A stretch of 63,420 bases of DNA, counting the filler. It is 13 parts of 13 records of this genome, joined end to end, with 100 filler letters (N's around TTAATTAATTAA, not from the genome) between each part and the next. Parts side by side here need not be neighbours in the genome. Positions count along the whole stretch, not along the records: positions 51,770 to 57,905 come from SRR7504441_19076; positions 58,006 to 63,420 come from SRR7504441_19077; 11 more parts are not named here. The stretch is one strand, 5' to 3'. The notes under the pieces were generated by a model that was not told the DNA's origin, ran no database searches, and worked only from the letters and a program-made list of their open reading frames with translations. The stretch's first letter is position 1, and each line of letters starts with the position of its first letter. Position numbers and translations under genes: made by a program. This document shows positions 56,908-63,420 of the stretch, piece after piece.

Positions 56908-57675
56908 ATGACGCCCGACGCCAGCCCTGCCCGGCCCAGCCGGCTGCCCGAGGTGCAGCGGACGGTGCGGAGCCTCCAGTCGCTCTCGGTCCAAATCTCC
57001 CAGCTCGCCGACCAGCTGGATCGGTCCGGGCACTCGCCCAAGCCGGGCCAGTCGGACCGGGCGGCCGAGGTGCTCGCGGCCGCCAAGCAAGAGCTGGCCC
57101 GGGAGGACGGGCTGCTGGCGCCCGGGGTGCTGGACCGGCTGCGCGGGGAACTCCAGTCGGCCAAGGCCACAGCCGAGCAAGCGGGACTGGCCGCCAGGCT
57201 GGAGCGGCGGGAGCTGGAGCAGGAGCTACGGCGGGCCGACTGGGCGCACAAGATGGCCAGTGAGCGGATGGCCAAGGAGCACGAGGAGGAGATAGAGCGG
57301 CTCGAGTGGCGGCAGCAGCAGGCGATCAAGATGCTGCTGCCGGACCAGCGCAAGCTGCAGTCCGAGCTGGAGCATGCCACCGGACGGCTGCTCGACCTAA
57401 AGGACGCCAACCGGCAGCTCAGCCAGCAGCTGGAGGCGAGCAGCAAGCAGCTGGAGCTGGCCCGGCTCTCTTTGGACCAGCAGCTCCGGGATCAGTCGCC
57501 CGACTCCACCGCCCGATGCAACGTGTGCTACGACCGATCGGTGAGCCGGGTGTTTGGGTGTGGGCACGCAAAGTGCGCAGAGTGCGCCAACCGGCTGATC
57601 GGGCTGGGCCGGGGCTGCCCGGACTGCCGGGCGCCGCTTGACGAACCACGGATGGTGTTCCTGAACGTCGGCTAG
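56908..57675 (+). CDS. Coiled-coil protein with a C-terminal C3HC4 RING finger
   Basis: CNVCYDRSVSRVFGCGHAKCAECANRLIGLGRGCPDCR. Confidence 0.85.
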   Translation: MTPDASPARPSRLPEVQRTVRSLQSLSVQISQLADQLDRSGHSPKPGQSDRAAEVLAAAKQELAREDGLLAPGVLDRLRGELQSAKATAEQAGLAARLERRELEQELRRADWAHKMASERMAKEHEEEIERLEWRQQQAIKMLLPDQRKLQSELEHATGRLLDLKDANRQLSQQLEASSKQLELARLSLDQQLRDQSPDSTARCNVCYDRSVSRVFGCGHAKCAECANRLIGLGRGCPDCRAPLDEPRMVFLNVG

Positions 57676-58005
57676 GCCGGGATCGGCTTAATGTACATAC
57701 TCGTACTGGCGATCGTGCTCGTCAACAACTTTATCAGTGAGCGAGACGGTGGCCCGGTGCCTTAGCGTCACAATGCTCGGTCCGCTAATCATTCAATTAA
57801 TTCAATCATAAACTCGCCGCTCGGCGGTAACTGCGACCGATTATTAAACCCGGCTAGCTAGTTACCATATATTCCAAATCCTTGGAGGATTAAATGTCCA
57901 CTACTNNNNNNNNNNNNNNNNNNNNNNNNNNNNNNNNNNNNNNNNNNNNTTAATTAATTAANNNNNNNNNNNNNNNNNNNNNNNNNNNNNNNNNNNNNNN
58001 NNNNN

Positions 58006-61000
58006 TCCTACTGCCGCAGCCAGCCCCAGCAGCGACAAGCTCTCCGCCTCGACTCTCTGCAGCAGCCCTGCAGCCCGGGACTTGCGCGAATCAGTCTTTG
58101 TCTTGTCCGGCTTGTCGAGGACAGGCGATGTGTCGTTATCCCGTGGGTTGTCAGCCAGTTTTAGCTCGAGCCGATCTCGCTCCTCTCTCATCGCGTCCAG
58201 TTGCAGCTTGAGACTGGCCTCAGCCTGCGATGCCCGCGATGTGCTGTCCTCCTGCTCCTGCTGCAGCGCTGACAGCTTGCCCTCCGCCTCCTGCAGCTCA
58301 GACCGCAGGATCCGGTTCTCGATTGTGGCCGAGTCGGTCCCCATGTTGGCGGGACTACCGGGTGGTGTCTGCGCCGCTTGGCTTTCGAGTTCCTTTGGGC
58401 CTCCGGGTGACGGCTGGTACTGGCCGCCTTCCGGGCCTGGGGACAGCCTGACATGCAGCAGGTGAGGACCAGATAGAGCCAGATTCAGGCCCAGATACTA
58501 TCAATTTATGAAGCAGCTCACCACTTGGCGCCCTCTGACTTGAGCCAATTCTCCCTGTCGAGCACCTGTACATGTGGTGAGCTCGGAGCAGGCTGTCGAC
58601 TCACCTGCCGCTCGAGGTCCTTCAGCTGCTTCTCCCTTTCGGCCATCTGACGCTGCTTCTTCTCCATAGCCTGAGGACACGCCTGTCAGAACCAAACTTG
58701 GCTTGAGGCGCGCTCACCTGGCTTCGGCTGTCAAGCTCCTCCTCCCGATCTTTCAGGTCTCCCTTCACCTTCTGGTCCTTGCTCTCTCTTGCATGTGTCT
58801 GGTTTGCATTCCGCTTCTCAAGTCCTGCCAGTGTCTTTTCTCGTTTCGCATGAGCCTCTTCCTTGGTCTTCAATGCCTTCTCCCGGTTGGCAAGAGCCTT
58901 CTCCGACTCTTTAGCCTTCTCCTCCCTAGTTTCCAAGCCATGTGTTTTCTCTGCAAGGGCCGCTAATTGGTCCTCGATCTCCTTCTGCCGCTTTTCCAAA
59001 GCTGAATCACTTGTCTTAGCATCTTTCTTCCGTTTGGGCTTCTGTTTCTCCACCGCCTCTGAGGGTTGTGCCGCGCGTTCATCTAGCGCACGCGCCTTCT
59101 CGGCAAGAGCAAGCTTCTGCTCCTCCAGCTCCTTTTGCATCCTCAAGGTTTTCTGCTCGTGTGCCTGTGCTCCCTTCCTTAGCTGCGCATTCCGTTTCTC
59201 CATCTCTTTACACTGCGCTTCCCGCTCATCCAAAAGGGCCGTTCGCTTCTCCAGCATGGCCGATTTGTCCTCCTGATCGTTCTGGCGCTTTTCGATTGTG
59301 ACGCTCTGTGACTTGGATTCCTTCTTCTGGTTCCCGAGGCTCCTCTCCTTCTCTCTAGCCTTAGCTTCTCTCTCTTCCAGCTCGCGCACCCGCTTATCCA
59401 AGCCCTTGGCAAACTCCTCCCTCTCGCTGTGCCTCTTCGTTTCTGAGTCCTCCCGGGCTTTCAATACTTTCTCCTTGCTGGCAATGAGCTTCTCGTTTTC
59501 CCGGCACCAGACCTCCCTCTCGTGCAAGCTCGAACTCTTGTCTGCCAGCGCCTTGGATTGTGTGTCCAGCTCTTTCTGCCGCTTGGACATAGCCTGCTCT
59601 CGGTCCCTGGGCGAGTCCCTGGGAGATGAGCGAGAACCTGGACTATTTTTAAGTTCTGGAATGCGGCTGGGGCTCCGCCCGTCGCTGGCTTTAAAGTTCT
59701 TCACCACAGCCCTCAGGTTTTTGATGGTGCGCTCCGAGTCCTTGAGCTGGAGCTGCTTCTCCTGCACTCTCTGCTCGAGGTCCTTCACTTGGGCTTCAGC
59801 GGCTTCTCTGGCTTTGGTTTCCTTTTTGCACATAGCTTCGGCTATTTCTCGATGATTAGTGACGTTTTCGCGGCCCTTGTCAGCAAAGGTCAGGTCCATG
59901 TTGGACAACTCGAGCTGCTGCTGCAACTCCACCACCTGAAATTGCAGGGAGGTTTGCTGACACTTGATCTCGCTCTGAAGATGTATGATTGTCCGCTGGC
60001 TCTCAGCATCGTGCTGCTCGGCATCGAGCTGCAGCTGCCGAATCCTCTCTTGTAGCCTTTCTATCTTTTCATTCTTAAACTTGATCTCCTCTCCGATGTC
60101 GCCCACTCGCACCCTGCCCAATTCTGCCTTGAGGTCACTCATTGTCTCCTTTGACCCGTCCTTTTCTTTATTCATTCGCTGCACTTTGGCCTTCAAACTC
60201 GCCATTTCTTGCTCTAGCGCTGCCGTCGCGGTGCTCTTCTGCTTCTCTGCATCTTTCAGCTTGCGCTCCACCTCGTGCTTGAGCTTTGACTCAGTCACTC
60301 GCATCTGCTTTTCCTTTTCCAAGCGCTTGAGCTGCTCCTTCAATTCACCCTCGGCCTGCTTCCTGGCTTTGGACTCATTCCTGTGCATCTTTTCCGCCCG
60401 ACTGAGCTCCTCCTTGAGCTCAGCTTGCCTCTTGCTAGCCGCCGTGGCCTCCCGCCTGGATTTGCCTGACTGCTCCTGGCTGTCATGAGTTGTTTCTTCC
60501 ACTGCCCTCTGCAGGCCTTCTATCTTCTTCACTGCTCCTGACATAATCTGCTCACTCTCGTTCTCTCGCTGCTTAGCCTGGTGCTGCGCCGCACGCAGCT
60601 CCTCCTGAAGAGCCTCAATCTTCTTATCCTTAGCTGCCAGCTCCTTGTCAAGCTTCTTGCCCTCGCGGGCCCCGGCCAAATCCTTCTTGAGCCCCCCAGT
60701 CTGCTCTTTTGCCGCATTCAGCTCCTGGCTCACCCGCTCTAGCTCCAGTCTCAGCTCAGACAGCTGATGTTCCCGTTTCTGCACGGTAGCTGAGGAGCGA
60801 TCCTCCTGATCCTGCAGCTTTTGCTCAGTCTCCTCTCTGATCTGCTGCTCGCTCTCCTCGACTTGCCTTGCCTTCTCCAGACGCTCATCGGCCATTTGTT
60901 TCACTTTATGCTGAAGAGACTCGATTTCGTCGTGAAGTTGCTTTGTCTCCTGCTTGCTGTCGGTCTTCTGCTGGCCAAAGGCCCGCTGCAGTGTCCGGAT

Positions 61001-62902
61001 CCTGTCCTGAAGCTCTCCCACTCTAACAGACTTCGCCTTCGCCTCCGCAGCCTCACGGCCGAGCCCCTGCTGTGCGCTCTCAAGCTCCATTTTTAACTGG
61101 CTCAGTTGACCTCTGAGCTCGCTGTCCTCAGCGTCCCTCTGCTGTCGTTCGAGCTTGAGGCGCATGACCTCCTCCTCTAGGGTGCGAATTGTACTCCCAG
61201 TCTCCTCAACTAGCTCCTCGTGGCCTGTCCCGGCCGCACTCTGCTTGAGAAGATCCAGCTCGTGCGCCAGCTTGCTCACTCGGGCGTCGCTCTCGAGTTC
61301 ACGCTGCTCTGACTGCTGCTGCATGCCCTTGAGCTTCTCCTGTAGTACGCCCAGCTTGTCCCCCTTCTGCTTGGCCTCCTGGGAGGCGCTCTCCATGCCC
61401 TGGGTGGCGCTGACCAGGCTGGCCTTGGCGCTGCTCAGCGTCTCGTGCAGCCCCTGCCTCTCCTTACGCAGCTGCTCCAGTTCCAGTTCGGCCTCCTCAA
61501 GCTGCTTCAAGAGCTGCTCCTTGGCCGCCTGCCCTTCCGCCTCGCACGCCTGCAGCTTCTGCTCAGCCGCCAGCCGCTGGGACACTAGCTCCTTCTCGAG
61601 CTCCTCCCCGGGCAGCTGGCCCTCGCCCCACAGTGTCTCGATGCTCCGGTCCTTCAAAATCGCCCTCGCGTCTGCCAGTTCGTGGTCGGCAGTTGAAATC
61701 ATCGACTGCAAGTTGCTCGACCCGCCCACCACTCCGTCGCCGTCTAGGTCCATCCCCAGCTTTTGCTCCAGGTCGCTTACTATCCCTCCCAGTCCAGAAT
61801 CATCCCCAGCCGTCTCCTGTGGCTCACGGACTGTCTTCCGGTCCTTCAGAATTTCCCTCGCATCAGCAAGCTCCTTGTCCGCAGTCGACATCATCGACTG
61901 CAGGCTGGCCGCCCCGCCCACCACCCCGTCGCCATCTAAATCCATTCCTAGCTTTTGCTCCAAATCGCTCACAATTCCACCCAGTCCTACAGAATCTCCA
62001 CCCGAGCCCTGCAGAGGCGACAAGTCTAGCCTAGGCACCTGCCCCCCGCCTCAGCCCATCCCGCCTGCCCTGGCCACCCGAGGCTGCGACGTCGAGCTCG
62101 ATCGGCTGCCCTCGCTCTGCCCCCCAGTCACCGCCCTCCATCTGCTAGCTCACCGTGCTGCGAAGTCTCGTCTCGGCTTCCTCCGGCTCGAGGCTCCTCC
62201 GGCGGGGGGGCGAGCGGACGCGCCGCCGCCCGGCCGAGCCGGTCTTGGGCGAGTCTAGCTGCTCGGCCCTCGGAGTGACCCGGTGAACTTGCGGGAGTTC
62301 CTTCTCAATCAGGACACTTCGCTCGAGCACAGCCGTCACCTCAGTCTCGATCAGACGGCCCGAGCTGATCGCTGCCCGGCAGTCAGCACCGCCAGGCCGC
62401 CGAGCGGACCTTCCGCCGCATCGCCTGATCGACCGGGGGGCGGGCTCAGCGCGGCCTGCTGGACTAGAGGGTCCACATCTGCCCCACCAGCTCACAGCCG
62501 GCCGCACCAGCCGGCACCGTCGCGAGGCGAGGTGAGCGGGCTGCTGACCGCGTGATCCACCCGCGCGCCGCTGGCGTCGAGCTCGCGCGGGGTGGTTCGA
62601 CCGGAGGAGTCCGCGCTGGATCCGACCATCCCGCTCCGGGCGCGTTGGCCACGCCAGAGCGACTGGATCTGCCGGGCGGCCTGCACCTCATCCGAAAAGC
62701 TGAGGGACGGCCCGCGGGCCCGCGGCGACTCGCGCGGCGACCCCCGCGGCGACTCGCGCGGCGAGCTGCTGCGCTCCCACGACTTCTGTAGCCGGCCCTC
62801 TCGGGCGGCGCGCTGGGCGGCCTTGGCCTTGCGCTGGGCGGTGAGCTGGGCCCGCATCTCGAGGTCGCGGGCAGTCAGCGCCTCCTGCATGCTCTGCTTC
62901 AT
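58006..62902 (-). CDS. Very large coiled-coil protein with N-terminal IQ motif and SPR repeats, spliced, 3'-truncated
   Basis: AARQIQSLWRGQRAR (IQ motif); 1138-aa E/K/Q-rich ORF 58622..62038; further exons toward 58006. Linkage of all exons into one gene is inferred. Confidence 0.7.
61650..61995 (-). repeat. Internal coding duplication of about 50 aa containing DLDGDG
   Basis: GLGGIVSDLEQKLGMDLDGDGVVGG..LQSM.STAD.ELADAR.ILKDR occurs twice. Confidence 0.9.
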
Positions 62903-63026
62903 CCAGGCCGGGCCGGTCCAGCCCGCGGGCAGAGCACTGCCTGTTGGCCTGGCTCACTGGGCTGTGCAGCGCGGCCCCAACGGATCCGATCGCGTTTCGA
63001 CAACACCCGGGTGCGCTACCAAGCAG

Positions 63027-63420
63027 ATGCAACCCAGTTCGCAGGACAATCCCTTTGCCCCCACCGGCCCGGGCTTTGGCAACGACCCGGCGGTCCCGCC
63101 GCAGTCGGAGCCGCCCGCGTACCCGACGTCATCGTACGACGCCGGCGATGACTCCGCGGGGCTCGGGTCGCAAGAAGAGTCGTCCGAGAGCCGCGGCATC
63201 GCGGCCTTCCGGGACATCGGACTGGTCGGGATTGCCTCAATATTCCTCATGTGCCAGGCGCGCGTGGCACCCGGGGCTGGCGGCCGACGCAGGGCGGGCA
63301 GACTATCAGTGAGTGCTATGACGCCGATGGCTGCACGGGCAACATGTATTGGGGGATCACGTGCAGCGTCGCAGCCATCCTGATCTGCAGCGGCTACATC
63401 TTCGTGATGCGGTTCGGTCC
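63027..63420 (+). CDS. Membrane protein with an NPF-containing cytosolic N-terminus, truncated by window end
   Basis: MQPSSQDNPFAP..., TM GLVGIASIFLMCQ, GC-AG intron 63258-63292, then TM MYWGITCSVAAILICSGYIFV. Confidence 0.65.

Noticed and set aside
4877-58005. TTAATTAATTAA repeated 12 times at multi-kb spacing
   Set aside because: Always centred in N runs of identical length; an artificial contig joiner, not a biological repeat or CRISPR array.
1954-63292. Introner-like mobile introns, given uniform length and frequent AG|GT at both ends
   Set aside because: The introns share no sequence similarity or terminal inverted repeats that I could see; AG|GT is the ordinary proto-splice context.
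1-63420. rRNA, tRNA, snRNA, transposase, reverse transcriptase, viral genes, CRISPR or prokaryotic defence systems
   Set aside because: No diagnostic motifs seen by eye; small RNAs could still be missed without covariance-model searches.

Overview
This is eukaryotic nuclear DNA, not prokaryotic. It consists of 13 short contigs (about 3.3-8.5 kb) joined by 12 artificial 100-nt linkers (44 N + TTAATTAATTAA + 44 N), so neighbourhoods across linkers mean nothing. The source looks like a gene-dense, GC-rich flagellate protist with the standard genetic code; the lineage cannot be fixed from this window. Genes are split by tiny, G-rich spliceosomal introns (mostly 35-45 nt), many with GC-AG ends or in-frame and stop-free, which is why the ORF track is fragmented. 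Genes often sit head-to-head with only about 50-125 nt between start codons. Recognisable genes: dihydroxyacetone kinase, SZT2, METTL4-like MT-A70 methyltransferase, PptH-like metallophosphoesterase, ABCA transporter, TTC41/NPHP3-like NACHT-TPR protein, Sfi1-repeat protein, sirtuin, YnjE-like rhodanese, thioredoxin-like protein, and LRR, ankyrin, RING and FN3 proteins. Most interesting candidates: (1) a secreted trichocyst-matrix-like coiled coil fused to EGF repeats and a three-repeat Cys/Trp lobe, possibly an extrusome tip or adhesin; (2) a sirtuin missing all four Zn-binding cysteines; (3) a UBA-AP2-SAM-Stc1-RING-CCCH-LOTUS-like mosaic protein; (4) the intron and promoter architecture. All family calls come from motif recognition by eye, and splice sites are inferred from frame restoration; no searches were run.
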